IMG/VR virus record: IMGVR_UViG_3300045988_121238
Source: a virus
DNA length: 46,022 nt
Strand: one strand, 5' to 3'
Shown here: positions 22,411-32,486 of the stretch, in pieces
Position numbering within the stretch: position 1 is the first letter of the stretch
Layout of the letters: each line of letters opens with the position of its first letter
Notes under the pieces: model-generated
Told to the model about the DNA's origin: nothing
What the model saw: the letters and a program-made list of their open reading frames with translations, nothing else
The model's database searches: none
Translations under genes and position numbers: made by a program

Positions 22411-23103
22411 ATGGCAAGCAACTCTCAATCGACAGAGGTTAGATTTCAGGCTTTCTTTGACGCTATGTTTCATCAGGCGATGAAGAAGGTCTATACCGCA
22501 ATCCCTGCGCACGTCATTGCTTTTGATGCAGCGCGGCAGGTTGCGCAAATTCAAATCGGCATCTTGCGTGTTGACGTGAACGGCGAAAGCCACGCGCCGC
22601 CGCCTATCATTGAGTGCCCTGTGCTTTTTCTGGGCGACGGATTCACGGTCGAGTTTCAGATCGACGCAGGGTGCGAGGGGCTTGCAGTCTTCTCGCAACG
22701 CTGCCTTGACGGATGGTTTCAAACGGGTGGCGTGGCCGCAAATCCTCTCGCTCGGTTTCACGATATGAGTGACTGCCTTTTCATCCCTGGCTTCCGCCCG
22801 ATGCCGAAAGTCATCACTGACTTTCAAAACAACGGGATTAGGATCCGAAGCAGGAGCGGGAATCAATTTGCATGGCTGAAAAACGACGGATCAATCGCCA
22901 TTGAAAACGGATCAGGTCACATTCGAATGAGCGCAGATGGCACAGTCACGATCAACGGCGTGACGATTGACACTAGCGGAAATGTGAGCACGTCTGCGAC
23001 TGTGACAGCATCCACTGACGTCAATGGCGGCGGCATCAGTCTCAAGAGTCACGTTCACGGAAATGTAGAAAATGGGGGTGGGCAAACAGGCACACCCACG
23101 TAG
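22411..23103 (+). CDS. Baseplate central spike (Gp138-N-like, with a C-terminal beta-helix and HxH tip)
   Basis: ...IPAHVIAFDAARQVAQIQ....PPPIIECPVLFLGDGF...GCEGLAVFSQRCLDGW..., then GSGHIRMSADGTVTINGVTIDTSGNV...SHVHGNV. Confidence 0.7.
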   Translation: MASNSQSTEVRFQAFFDAMFHQAMKKVYTAIPAHVIAFDAARQVAQIQIGILRVDVNGESHAPPPIIECPVLFLGDGFTVEFQIDAGCEGLAVFSQRCLDGWFQTGGVAANPLARFHDMSDCLFIPGFRPMPKVITDFQNNGIRIRSRSGNQFAWLKNDGSIAIENGSGHIRMSADGTVTINGVTIDTSGNVSTSATVTASTDVNGGGISLKSHVHGNVENGGGQTGTPT

Positions 23104-23137
23104 GCACTATAATTAAGTGGTGTTACGCGAGGTGCAT

Positions 23138-23944
23138 ATGTACAAATTGAAAAACGATTTGACCGGACAAAGGTTCGGTCGCTTACTTGTTATCAAAAGA
23201 GCTGTCAACAAAAACGGTCGAGTTCAATACTCGTGTATATGTGATTGTGGAACTAAGTTTGAAACGTTAGCTCAACATCTTGTATCCGGGGCAACAAAAT
23301 CTTGCGGGTGTCTCAATCGAAAACTTGCGTCCGAAAGAATGAAGGCTATGAATCACGTCCCGTACAACACTCAAACACGCCTGTATGAAACGTGGTCAAA
23401 CATGAAAAATAGGGTGCGTCCGTCCAACAGTAATCACAAAAGGTATTTCGACCGTGGAATTACCGTTTGCGACGAATGGCAGAAGTTTGAACCTTTTATG
23501 AATTGGGCATTAAAAAACGGGCACTCAGATGATTTAACTATAGATCGAATCGATAACGATAAGGGGTATTGCCCAGAAAACTGTCGTTTTGTGGACAGGG
23601 TCGTTCAGTGCAACAACAAGGGAAATAATCACATTGTTGATTTTAGAGGTGAGAAACTAACAATCGCCGAATTGTCAAGAAGATACGACCTTAGCTATGG
23701 ATTGATAAAACACAGAATTTATCGAGGAATCAGTGGCGAGGATCTAATTAAGCGACCTAGGAAAAATGAGCGTTTTGTAACGGTTTTCGGAAAAAGGGTT
23801 AGGCTTTTTGAAGCATCAAGGATAACGGGGCTATCCATAGGCGCAATAATCAACAGGGACAAAAAGGGAATCCCGTTAGAGCTTCCTGCAGATGAAAAAG
23901 CAAGGCAAAGACGAACGAGTAAAAATAAACCGACAAAATCATGA
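23138..23944 (+). CDS. Free-standing HNH-type homing endonuclease
   Basis: LTGQRFGRLLVI...YSCICDCGTKF...SGATKSCGC zinc module, then DLTIDRIDNDKGYCPENCRFV...QCNN (HNH-like). C-terminal HTH-like repeats. Visibly AT-richer than its neighbours. Wedged between the spike and wedge genes. Confidence 0.7.
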   Translation: MYKLKNDLTGQRFGRLLVIKRAVNKNGRVQYSCICDCGTKFETLAQHLVSGATKSCGCLNRKLASERMKAMNHVPYNTQTRLYETWSNMKNRVRPSNSNHKRYFDRGITVCDEWQKFEPFMNWALKNGHSDDLTIDRIDNDKGYCPENCRFVDRVVQCNNKGNNHIVDFRGEKLTIAELSRRYDLSYGLIKHRIYRGISGEDLIKRPRKNERFVTVFGKRVRLFEASRITGLSIGAIINRDKKGIPLELPADEKARQRRTSKNKPTKS

Positions 23945-24318
23945 GGCTAAAAATGATGGTCAGAAAACTGGATGAAAACGGTGACATTGTGACGCGAGGT
24001 GAGCAATGGAAGTACGACAAGGAGGCCATTGCGCAGAACGTTTCAACGCGACTCAAACTCTTTTTGGGCGAATATTTCCGAGACAATACCGAAGGCGTCC
24101 CTTGGTTCAACAAGGAGGACGGATCAGAAGGAATTCTCGGCAAGGGCTACAGTCTTGCCCAAGTGGAGGCGATTTTGCGTAACAGGATCATGAGAACGGA
24201 TGGGGTTTTAAAATTGCTATCGTTCAAGATTGATTTTGACGAAACAACGAGAAAAATCAGCATCAGCTCGTTTGTTTTCACAACATACGGAACGGAGGAA
24301 CTTCTGTGGGTCAGCTAA
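23941..24318 (+). CDS. Baseplate wedge protein (gp25/W- or DUF2634-like)
   Basis: 125 aa upstream of Baseplate_J. ...EAIAQNVSTRLKLFLGEYF.D...G.... Confidence 0.5.
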   Translation: MRLKMMVRKLDENGDIVTRGEQWKYDKEAIAQNVSTRLKLFLGEYFRDNTEGVPWFNKEDGSEGILGKGYSLAQVEAILRNRIMRTDGVLKLLSFKIDFDETTRKISISSFVFTTYGTEELLWVS

Positions 24319-25532
24319 CCGAAAAGGGTTTTCAAATCAAAACCCAAAACGAATACTTTGAGGAAGAAAAGGCGCTGTACAAGGGGATCGATCCGCTGTG
24401 GAATCTCGACCCTTCAACGCCTGACGGCCTGAAAATTGCGCACGACGCAGAGGTTTTCACCGCGCTGGATGAGCAGTTGAAGCAGGCTTATGATGCGCGC
24501 GACCCGAACAAGGCCAGCGGCACTGATTTGGACGTGCTGCGAGCCTTGACGGGTGCCAAGCGCTCACTCGGCACGCCCTCAACGGTCGAGCTGAAGTTGA
24601 CAGGTGTTGCAGGTACGCGCATTCGCCAAGGCGCAAAGGTGCGGGACGGTCTGGGCAACGTATTTTTGATTGATGAAGACGTTACGATTGGTCTTGACGG
24701 AACCGCAACCGTCAACGCCCACAACTCGGTCAACGGCGCTGTCGTTGTGTCGGCCAACACCTTGACGAACATTGTCGAAACGGTCGGCGGGTGGCAAACG
24801 GTTACGAATCCGCTGCCGTCGGTCGCTGGCACTGATCGAGATTCAGACGCCGTTTTCCGCATCAAGTCTGCGAAGGCAGTCGGCCGGGCTGGTCAAAATC
24901 AGAAAGATTCTCTGTACGGAGAGCTGTTTGAAACGACAGGCGTCCGCAAAGTTGCAATCTACGAGAACAAAACGGGATCGGCGAGTGTTGATCCCGTAAA
25001 AAACCCTCACGCTTTACCTGCGCATTCTTTGGCTATTATTGTGGAGGGCGGCACGGATCAAGATGTTGCCGAGGCAATTTATCGCAAAATTTCTGTTGGC
25101 GTGAATCTCTATGCAAAAGCGAACGAAGTTCAAAAAACAGTCTATTCGAAACTGTTCCCTGCGTCCTATGATGTGATTGTCTTCGCGCGACCCGTTGATG
25201 TAGCAGTCAAAATTGAAGTCAAGATCGCTGATCCGCAGCGTGTCTTGCCCGTCGACTTCGACGTTGAAAATTTAGTGAAAAATGCATTCATTGACTACTA
25301 TGAAGGCGATCTTTTGCCGAGCGGAATTGGGTTTTTGACGACCGGCTTTTCGATCGGCGAGAGCGTCCCGTATTCGCGCCTTTTCACGCCTGTCAACAAA
25401 GTGCTTGGAGACTACCCTGGCACCTACGTCAAAGAGTTGAAGGTTAACGACGGCGTGGAAAATGTGGCGGTTGCTTTCAATGAACTCGCGCGTTTCACTA
25501 AAAATCAAATCACTGTGACGGTGGGAAAATGA
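24306..25532 (+). CDS. Baseplate J-like protein
   Basis: ...LDPSTPDGLKIAHDAEVFTALDEQLKQAYDARDPNKASGTDLDVLRALTG... is typical of the Baseplate_J family. GTG start at 24306. Confidence 0.8.
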   Translation: MGQLTEKGFQIKTQNEYFEEEKALYKGIDPLWNLDPSTPDGLKIAHDAEVFTALDEQLKQAYDARDPNKASGTDLDVLRALTGAKRSLGTPSTVELKLTGVAGTRIRQGAKVRDGLGNVFLIDEDVTIGLDGTATVNAHNSVNGAVVVSANTLTNIVETVGGWQTVTNPLPSVAGTDRDSDAVFRIKSAKAVGRAGQNQKDSLYGELFETTGVRKVAIYENKTGSASVDPVKNPHALPAHSLAIIVEGGTDQDVAEAIYRKISVGVNLYAKANEVQKTVYSKLFPASYDVIVFARPVDVAVKIEVKIADPQRVLPVDFDVENLVKNAFIDYYEGDLLPSGIGFLTTGFSIGESVPYSRLFTPVNKVLGDYPGTYVKELKVNDGVENVAVAFNELARFTKNQITVTVGK

Positions 25533-26173
25533 GTGAGCTTCTGAATCTGCCCAACAGAATTTATGCCCAGTACGCCGACAAGCCGAAATTCGTTGAGTGG
25601 ATGAACATCACTCGCAAGATCGGCCTTGAGCTGAAAGAAGGCGCGGAACAGGTCAGGAAGTGCTTTGACATCGACACGGCAAAGGGCGACGCGCTTGAGG
25701 TGATTGGGCGCATCGTTGTCGTCGATCGAATCAAAGAAGAGCGCTTGATGAATTCGGGCGTTTTTTCCGATCCGGACGGGACAAACTTCAACAATCTGGT
25801 CAAGACGTTTGCTGAGTGGTCAACATTCACAAACGCAGACCTGTCCGATGAAATGTTGCGGTTTGCGATCAAAGCCAAGATCATCAAGAATACGGCAAAC
25901 CCGACGTCGGACGAATTGCTTTCTGCGTTATCGTCGCTGTTTCCGAGTGCGAATGTGTTCAGGCTACTCAATCATCACGACATGAGTTTTTCCATTGAGT
26001 ACGCTGGAAAACTCACCGATCTTGAACAGTGGCTGATTGATTTGCATGAATTTCTCCCAACCCCCCAAGGGGTAGAATTGAGGGGGTTCATTCGATCTTT
26101 TGGAATCATTGAATTTTTGTCGAATGATGAAAACTCAACTTTTGGCGACGAAGAACTGGAGTTCTTGGAATGA
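25529..26173 (+). CDS. Baseplate wedge protein (DUF2612-like, gpI position)
   Basis: ...IYAQYADKPKFVEWMNI... start and position between the J-like gene and the fibres. Confidence 0.5.
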   Translation: MSELLNLPNRIYAQYADKPKFVEWMNITRKIGLELKEGAEQVRKCFDIDTAKGDALEVIGRIVVVDRIKEERLMNSGVFSDPDGTNFNNLVKTFAEWSTFTNADLSDEMLRFAIKAKIIKNTANPTSDELLSALSSLFPSANVFRLLNHHDMSFSIEYAGKLTDLEQWLIDLHEFLPTPQGVELRGFIRSFGIIEFLSNDENSTFGDEELEFLE

Positions 26174-27195
26174 CTTTTAAACTCAACGAGCGCTATCCAA
26201 ACAGGGTCAACGCTCCATCAGACGATTACCCAAGAGGTTCGTTTAAAAACAGGTCCTCTCCGAACTCGGACGACGGAACGTACTTGGAGGAGGACTGGAA
26301 GAACGACGAGCGCGCCTTCCCCGAGGCGATTCTAAAAAATGCGGGCGTCGTACCAAATGGCAACGTCGACACTGCCAATAATTCTCAGGTGTATGACGCG
26401 CTAATCAGCATTGTCAGCAAGATGATTGCCACGGGCGCGACCTCGCTTTACGGAAAGGCAACGGGGAGTTCTGATGCTTTGGCGGTGACGCTGAATCGCT
26501 CGATCACGTTGACTGATGGCGCGATTATCTATGTTCGCGCTCTGTATGCGAACGCGACATCATCTCCCACGATCAATGTCAACGGTCTTGGCGATCGGGC
26601 AATTGTCAAAGGCAATAATCTGCCACTTTCGATAAATGATATTGCTGGTTCGGGATTCATCATGCACCTCGCTTTTGACGTGAATTTCAGCCGCTGGGTT
26701 TTGCTTAATCCCGCGACGGGCGTCATCGTCCCCGAGTCGATCCCCGTGGGCACTTTGGCCTACATGGCGCGTACGGGCGATATCGCAGGCTGGCTTTTTG
26801 TGGATGGCCGCGAGCATCAGCGCGCGCAGTATCAGCGCTTCGTCCAAGCGTGCCCCCAGTTCATCATGAGCGGAAGCACTGCCGAGACCTTCAAGCTGAT
26901 CGACCTGCGCGGCTACTTCTTGCGCACGCTCGACAGCGGCAAGGGTATTGACGCTGGCCGTGCGTTTGGATCGCTTCAGGGAGATGCGATGCGAAGGATC
27001 ACAGGCAAGGTTGGGTCAGACGACCGCATGAGAAATCTGATTGAGGGGTGCTTCTACGATGCGGGCGGCGCAGATACTGGCTCCCAAGGGAAGGAGTATG
27101 GCTGGGCGCTGGGCTTCGACAATAGCAGGGTGACGCCGACAGCTAGTGAAAACCGCCCGAAAAACTACGCATTTCCTCTTTACGTGAAGGTATAA
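26170..27195 (+). CDS. Tail fibre protein 1 with a phage tail-collar domain
   Basis: The collar pattern VGTLAYMARTGDIAGWLFVDGREHQRAQYQRFV...FKLIDLRGYFLR. N-terminus homologous to the next gene. Confidence 0.75.
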   Translation: MTFKLNERYPNRVNAPSDDYPRGSFKNRSSPNSDDGTYLEEDWKNDERAFPEAILKNAGVVPNGNVDTANNSQVYDALISIVSKMIATGATSLYGKATGSSDALAVTLNRSITLTDGAIIYVRALYANATSSPTINVNGLGDRAIVKGNNLPLSINDIAGSGFIMHLAFDVNFSRWVLLNPATGVIVPESIPVGTLAYMARTGDIAGWLFVDGREHQRAQYQRFVQACPQFIMSGSTAETFKLIDLRGYFLRTLDSGKGIDAGRAFGSLQGDAMRRITGKVGSDDRMRNLIEGCFYDAGGADTGSQGKEYGWALGFDNSRVTPTASENRPKNYAFPLYVKV

Positions 27196-27199
27196 AAAA

Positions 27200-28849
27200 A
27201 TGGCAGTTAAGCTCAACGAACTCGAAGCGACAGGAACCCGGTGGAATGCTCCATCGGAGGATTATCCGCAAGGCTCGTTCATCAACGGCACGGGTCAAGG
27301 AAAACGAGACGGCTCATACGCTAAGGCAGAATGGGCGAACGATCTTTTTGGTGCTCATGCAGCAATCCTCAAAAACGGCGGAGAGACGCCGAACGGAAAA
27401 GTTGAAACTGCGAACAATTCGCAGGTTTTCAATGCGCTCAAAAAGATCATCAAGACCGACATTGACACGCTTGGTGGCGATCCGTCGGCAGTTGCGTCCG
27501 GAACTGTCAACGCGATCACCGCGACATTCACCAAGCCCGTTTCGCTTGAGGGTGGAAAGCAGGTAAAGGTTCGCGCGCTCGGTGCAAACACTTCGGCAAC
27601 CGTGACCTTTAACCCGAACAACCTCGGCGCGAAGCCTATTGTCAAAGGTGACGGCAGTGCCTTGTCGGTGGGTGACATTGCCTCTGCTGGCTTTTGGATG
27701 ACGCTTATCTACGATGCAACCTTGCGGAAGTGGATTCTTCAGAATCCCGCTACAGGGGTGACGCTCGTTTTGCCAAAAGCATCGACCTCCACTAAAGGCA
27801 TCATTCAAATCGCATCGTCGGCAGAGATCAAAAATGGAACTGACGTTCCAAAGGCCATTACTCCGAAGCAGCTCAAAGATGCGACGAAAGACCTTGGTGG
27901 TGGTCTTCCGCTTGGGCATTTGTTTGCTTGGCCTTTCCAAACTCCGCCCGATGGTTGCATCCAATGCAACGGATCGACATATAGCCGAGTTCTGTATAAG
28001 GACTTTTGGAACTACATCAGCTCTAAGGGCTGGGTGAAGACTGAAGGCGAATGGAATAGTATTGCATCTGCCAACGGCGGCTATTGCTCGTACTACTCGA
28101 CGGGTGACGGTTCGACCACTTTCCGAACGCCGAAGTTCGCTCCTTTCACGCAGGTGGCTATTGCTAGCGGGGATGTTGGTAAGTACCACAAGGCGGGTTT
28201 GCCGAATATCACGGGTAGAAGTGACCTTGGAGGTATTTATTCACACGCCGCTTTTAGCGGGGCTATTGCTACTGAAAAGGACGCGGGTAATGCTACTGGT
28301 GCGACGCATGTCGCCGCTGGTGGCGATCAAAGAGTCAAGTTAACGTTCGACGCAAGCAATTCTAATTCCATCTACGGCCGCTCCAGCACGGTTCAACCCG
28401 AGTCCCCCGAGTGGATGATTTGCGTTGTGGTTATGGGTATGGCAACAAACATCGGTAGTGCAGATGTTGCAGATGTGATGCAGGCTGTTGCTCAGGTGCA
28501 GAGTCAGGTTAATACGACTGTAAAAACCATCAACAACCAAAAGCCCAACTCGTCGGGAAATATATCAATTAGCACAGCTATAGGATTTCCTAGTTATACG
28601 TCTTATGTAACTATTGCTCCGGGGGATTACACCCCATCAGATAACGGGTGGATTCGCATGGACTTAGCAACGAGTGGTGACTATCAATCTATTTCATGTA
28701 TCCATAAAGCTAGCGGTCAGCGGATTCTTTATTATCTACAAGCGCGATACCCTGGAGATGGCGTTTTTATGTGCCCTGTTTGCAAAAACGAAACATACAC
28801 ACTTTCAGGTCCCCAAGGGAGAATTTGGTTTCATAGATGTAGAGGATAA
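27200..28849 (+). CDS. Tail fibre protein 2 with a collar domain and a distinct C-terminal (receptor-binding?) region
   Basis: N-terminal ~85 aa paralogous to fibre 1 (..APS.DYP.GSF.N......DG.Y....W.ND......AILKN.G..PNG.V.TANNSQV..AL). The collar segment LPLGHLFAWPFQTPPDGCIQCNGSTYSRVLY...TTFRTPKF. The last ~350 nt look AT-richer. Confidence 0.75.
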   Translation: MAVKLNELEATGTRWNAPSEDYPQGSFINGTGQGKRDGSYAKAEWANDLFGAHAAILKNGGETPNGKVETANNSQVFNALKKIIKTDIDTLGGDPSAVASGTVNAITATFTKPVSLEGGKQVKVRALGANTSATVTFNPNNLGAKPIVKGDGSALSVGDIASAGFWMTLIYDATLRKWILQNPATGVTLVLPKASTSTKGIIQIASSAEIKNGTDVPKAITPKQLKDATKDLGGGLPLGHLFAWPFQTPPDGCIQCNGSTYSRVLYKDFWNYISSKGWVKTEGEWNSIASANGGYCSYYSTGDGSTTFRTPKFAPFTQVAIASGDVGKYHKAGLPNITGRSDLGGIYSHAAFSGAIATEKDAGNATGATHVAAGGDQRVKLTFDASNSNSIYGRSSTVQPESPEWMICVVVMGMATNIGSADVADVMQAVAQVQSQVNTTVKTINNQKPNSSGNISISTAIGFPSYTSYVTIAPGDYTPSDNGWIRMDLATSGDYQSISCIHKASGQRILYYLQARYPGDGVFMCPVCKNETYTLSGPQGRIWFHRCRG

Positions 28850-28851
28850 AA

Positions 28852-29310
28852 ATGGAAGAAAAATTATATTATAAAGTTATCGATGACCAGACGAAAGAAG
28901 TGCTCGTTGCCTTTGGTACTGACGTTGAGTGGTTTAAATCATTAGGCTATGTAGATCAAGGTAACGTAGAGCAAAGCGCAGATGGGCGGTATTACGTCGC
29001 GGGCTATGCGCCAGAGATTCCGGCAGAAGAGTTGGAGGCGCGGCGTCTCGCAGAAGCAAAGCGAATTCGAGCAGAGCAAGTCAGCACAATCATCGTCGAG
29101 GTCGACGGAATGATTTTCGACGGCGACGAGAAAGCACAGAGTCGGATGGCTCGTGCAATCCAAGCCGCAGAGATCACGGGCGCGGAATCGACGGATTGGG
29201 TACTTGCTGACAATTCTGTGGCGACGGTAACCGTCGCGCAGATGAAGCAGGCGCTCGCCAAGGCGATGACCGTGATGGGCGAACTGTGGACGAAGCCATA
29301 CGCGGCTTGA
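28852..29310 (+). CDS. Tail fibre assembly/chaperone-like protein (DUF4376-like C-region)
   Basis: Directly after the fibre genes. ...VEVDGMIFDGDEKAQSRMARAI...WVLADNSVATVTVAQMKQA... Confidence 0.5.
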   Translation: MEEKLYYKVIDDQTKEVLVAFGTDVEWFKSLGYVDQGNVEQSADGRYYVAGYAPEIPAEELEARRLAEAKRIRAEQVSTIIVEVDGMIFDGDEKAQSRMARAIQAAEITGAESTDWVLADNSVATVTVAQMKQALAKAMTVMGELWTKPYAA

Positions 29311-29391
29311 CAGAACCCGTGCGCCGCAAGCCTCTCATTTCAATGGGAGGTAAGGCGCACAAAGTTTTCGAACGTGAAGTAACATTGCCTT

Positions 29392-29751
29392 ATGCATACC
29401 ACCACCCCTTCCTACATTGTCGAACTTCCGCTTCGTGTGAACGATCAGCAGAATCGTTTTCTCGAAAAGGCGTTTGAGTTCGGACGCACGCTCTACAATG
29501 CGACGGGGACGCGGCGCACATGGAGCGGTGGCCGCGCAGGCGTGAGCGGCCTTTGCAAGTGGCGCGTCATGCGTGACGGCAAGGCGGTCTCTTTTCAGAT
29601 CTACTACGTCAAGCACTACCGCATCTTCTGGACTTGGAAGTGCATCAGAGCGGGTGCGGGGTACAAGATTTGGGGCACCCCGACAGGGCAGGTTTTTGGA
29701 CAGCATCGGCCGTATTTCCACCCGCTCAATGGATCAGGCCGACTAGGATAG
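29392..29751 (+). pseudogene. Chimeric remnant: TnpB/OrfB-like N-terminal ~35 aa fused to a fragment paralogous to the C-terminus of the 33292..33828 product
   Basis: SYIVELPLRVNDQQNRFLEKAFEFGRTLYNA resembles TnpB N-termini (..y.l.l......q..L.k.f...r..yN). GVSGLCKWRVMRDGKAVSFQIYYVKHYRIFWTWKCIRAGAGYKIWG aligns with GVSGTCIRHCHRDGKHIAWHLYVVRHYRLFGRPCCVRISLGWKLWG. Confidence 0.4.
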
Positions 29752-29775
29752 TCAGATTTAGCATTTGATCAAGAG

Positions 29776-29808
29776 GGGGTTGCAATGACAGTTGCAACCC
29801 CTTTTTTT
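29776..29808 (+). terminator. Rho-independent terminator
   Basis: GGGGTTGCAA-TGACAG-TTGCAACCCC followed by TTTTTTT. Confidence 0.75.
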
Positions 29809-29842
29809 ACAATTGCAGAAAGTTTTTCTTTTGAGGGGTTTT

Positions 29843-30187
29843 ATGAAAAAGTTCGACTTCCAAATTCAGGCAGGGGACGACATGAAGGTGAAAGTCTCCA
29901 TCGTGGACAAGAAAGCACAGCCGGTTGACGTGAGCGCATACCGTGCAGCGATGCAGATTCGAGCGTGCGTCAATTCCCCTGATGCAATCGACACGCTTAC
30001 AACTGAAAACGGGCGAATCGAAATGAACAACGGGTTTCTTGTTCTGAATTTCACAAACAAGGTAACCGAGACATTCAAAGCAGGGGCGTTTGTCTACGAT
30101 CTTGAGCTCATCAGTCCTACGGACTTCATCACAAAAATTCTTGGCGGGACGGTTAAGGTGCTTGCGGAGGTGACGAAAATTGACTGA
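29843..30187 (+). CDS. Small beta-rich protein, paralogue of 11223..11567
   Basis: GAGGGG precedes the ATG. ...[25 protein letters not shown] parallels ...FYYDLWLKDGDDMIRPIVYGQIHLV. Confidence 0.5.
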   Translation: MKKFDFQIQAGDDMKVKVSIVDKKAQPVDVSAYRAAMQIRACVNSPDAIDTLTTENGRIEMNNGFLVLNFTNKVTETFKAGAFVYDLELISPTDFITKILGGTVKVLAEVTKID

Positions 30188-32420
30188 CAAAGACATTTTT
30201 GCGGGCGAGGACGTTAAAGCGCTTGAAGTGACAACCGTTTTTGGCGAAAACGACGTTCAAAGCGTAACAGTCGAAACGGGCGGAGAAGTTGCTCAGGAGG
30301 TTGAAGCGCCTTACTACGCAGGCGGTGGTGGCTCCGTACCTGTCATCAGCGTTGAGGCTACAAGTCTGCCTGCGGGATCGGATGCAACGGCGACGATTAC
30401 GGGCAACCCTGCAACGCCGTTGATTACGTTCGGAATCCCTCGCGGCAGCAAAGGCGACAAGGGAGACCAAGGAGAGCCCGGCAAGGACGGCACAAACGGA
30501 AAGGACGGCGCGGATGGTGTCACTCCGAACGTGAACGCAACGGCGACCGTTGATGGCTCCATAGGTACGCCTTCCGTCACCGTCACAAAGTCAGGCACAG
30601 ATGACGCCCCTGTTTTCAAGTTTGCATTCAGCAACCTCAAAGGCGCACGAGGCGAACAGGGTGTTCCGGGAAAGGATGGCGCAGACGGCCAAGACGGTGC
30701 ACAAGGCGCAGACGGCAGGCCGGGCGTTGATGGTGTCACTCCTTCGATCAAGGTTGCGGCCACGACTCTCGCCCCCGGCAGTGCGGCAACCGTCTCGCGC
30801 TCGGGCGACGACGCAGCTCCCACGTTCACTTTTGGAATCCCGAGAGGTGACACGGGTGCGAAGGGTGAAATCGGGAAAACGCCTGTTATATCCGTGACTG
30901 CAAAAACGCTTCCATCGGATCAAAGCGCAACTGTCGAAATTGCAGGCGCACCTGAAACACCGAACCTTACTTTCGGCATCCCGCAAGGCAAGAAGGGCGC
31001 AGGCATTACGATTCTTGGCTCCTACGCCACGATTGAGGAATTGACGCAGGCGCATCCGACGGGAAATGTTGGCGACGTCTATGTCGTCGGACTGAATCTC
31101 TACACTTGGTCGGAAACCGAACAGGGATGGAAAGATTTAGGACAGTTCAGAGGCGAGAAAGGCGAAGCAGGTGTCACGCCGAGCATTTCCGTTGAGTCCA
31201 AGACGCTCGACGCAGGGCAGCAGGCAACGGTCAGCCGAAGCGGATCGGATGCCGCTCCGACTTTCACCTTTGGCATCCCTTGCGGTACCGACGGCGCTGA
31301 TGGCGCAGACGGTGCAAACGGTGCCCCCGGTAAGGATGGCATCACGCCGAACGTTTCAATCACCGTGTCGGGTCTTCCAGCGGGCCAATCGCCGACGGTG
31401 ACGAAAGGCGGCACGATTGCAGAGCCGACTTTCGCAATTGGCATTCCTGCTGGCGAAAAAGGCGACCAAGGCACACGAGGATTTCACTTCACCCCTGCCG
31501 TCGATGCGGCTGGCAATTTGTCGTGGACGAATGACGGTGGCTTGCCGAATCCCGCAACGGTCAATCTCAAAGGTGAAAAGGGCGACACTGGCGCAAATGG
31601 GGCGGACGGTCAGGATGGATCGGACGGGAAAAACGCCACGATCACGGGGGCTACGGCCACAGTTGACAATAGCGTCGGCGTTCCGTCGGTAACCGTCACG
31701 CAGGGCGGGACTGAGTTCGCGCGCTCTTTCGCTTTCGCCTTCAAGAGCCTGAAGGGTGACACGGGCGCCAAGGGTGAGACGGGCGCAGCGGGCGCCAACG
31801 CCGCAATCACGGGCGCTACGGCGACGGTCGACGCAACGACGGGAACGCCGAAGGTGACGGTGACGGCGGGCGGCACTGCTCAGGCTAGGACGTTCGCCTT
31901 CGCCTTCACGGGTCTCAAAGGCGAGCGTGGCGCGCAGGGCGTCCAAGGTGTTCAGGGTCCGCAGGGTCCCACGGGCGCTACTGGCCCGAAGGGCGATACG
32001 GGTCCTGCAGGCACGACGACTTGGGCTGGCATCACGGACAAGCCTGATGCGTTCCCCCCCGAAGCGCATACGCACACGATTGCGAACATCGATGAGTTGC
32101 AAGACGCACTGGACGGGAAGCAGGCAACGGGCGACTATGCTTTGAAATCTGATCTTGGTACGTATGCGACGAAAAAGGAACTCTCGGATGGACTTTCTCC
32201 GAAGGCCGATACGACGTATGTCGACGAAGAGCTTGCGAAGAAGCAAGTGGCTGGAGACTACGCGACGAACGCCGCTTTGACAAGTGGTCTTGCGGGAAAA
32301 GTTGATGTTTCAGTCTACGAAGCGAAAATAAAGGCCTTAGAGGTTAGAATTGCGGCATTGGAAAAGGCTGGATTCATCACGTCGGCAGACCTTCCGACCA
32401 CAGCAGACTTTGTCGAGTGA
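30180..32420 (+). CDS. Collagen-like-repeat fibre protein
   Basis: Many G-X-Y runs ([25 protein letters not shown]; [28 protein letters not shown]) alternate with about eight ~30-aa beta modules (..TP.I.V.A..L..G..ATV...G....P.FTFGIP.G). C-terminal [45 protein letters not shown] start after GAGGTG. Confidence 0.8.
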   Translation: MTDKDIFAGEDVKALEVTTVFGENDVQSVTVETGGEVAQEVEAPYYAGGGGSVPVISVEATSLPAGSDATATITGNPATPLITFGIPRGSKGDKGDQGEPGKDGTNGKDGADGVTPNVNATATVDGSIGTPSVTVTKSGTDDAPVFKFAFSNLKGARGEQGVPGKDGADGQDGAQGADGRPGVDGVTPSIKVAATTLAPGSAATVSRSGDDAAPTFTFGIPRGDTGAKGEIGKTPVISVTAKTLPSDQSATVEIAGAPETPNLTFGIPQGKKGAGITILGSYATIEELTQAHPTGNVGDVYVVGLNLYTWSETEQGWKDLGQFRGEKGEAGVTPSISVESKTLDAGQQATVSRSGSDAAPTFTFGIPCGTDGADGADGANGAPGKDGITPNVSITVSGLPAGQSPTVTKGGTIAEPTFAIGIPAGEKGDQGTRGFHFTPAVDAAGNLSWTNDGGLPNPATVNLKGEKGDTGANGADGQDGSDGKNATITGATATVDNSVGVPSVTVTQGGTEFARSFAFAFKSLKGDTGAKGETGAAGANAAITGATATVDATTGTPKVTVTAGGTAQARTFAFAFTGLKGERGAQGVQGVQGPQGPTGATGPKGDTGPAGTTTWAGITDKPDAFPPEAHTHTIANIDELQDALDGKQATGDYALKSDLGTYATKKELSDGLSPKADTTYVDEELAKKQVAGDYATNAALTSGLAGKVDVSVYEAKIKALEVRIAALEKAGFITSADLPTTADFVE

Positions 32421-32441
32421 CTTTGATGCCGGCATTAATGT

Positions 32442-32472
32442 GAGGTTGTGGATTTCACAGCCTCCTTTTTTT
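32442..32472 (+). terminator. Rho-independent terminator after the collagen-like fibre gene
   Basis: GAGGTTGTG-GATTT-CACAGCCTC (one G-U pair) followed by CTTTTTTT. Confidence 0.6.
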
Positions 32473-32486
32473 AGAATTGAGTGTGG

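Noticed and set aside
30300-32000. Highly repetitive collagen-like region as a possible DGR variable/template repeat pair
   Set aside because: No reverse transcriptase gene is present and there is no non-coding template copy. The repeats are in-frame protein modules.
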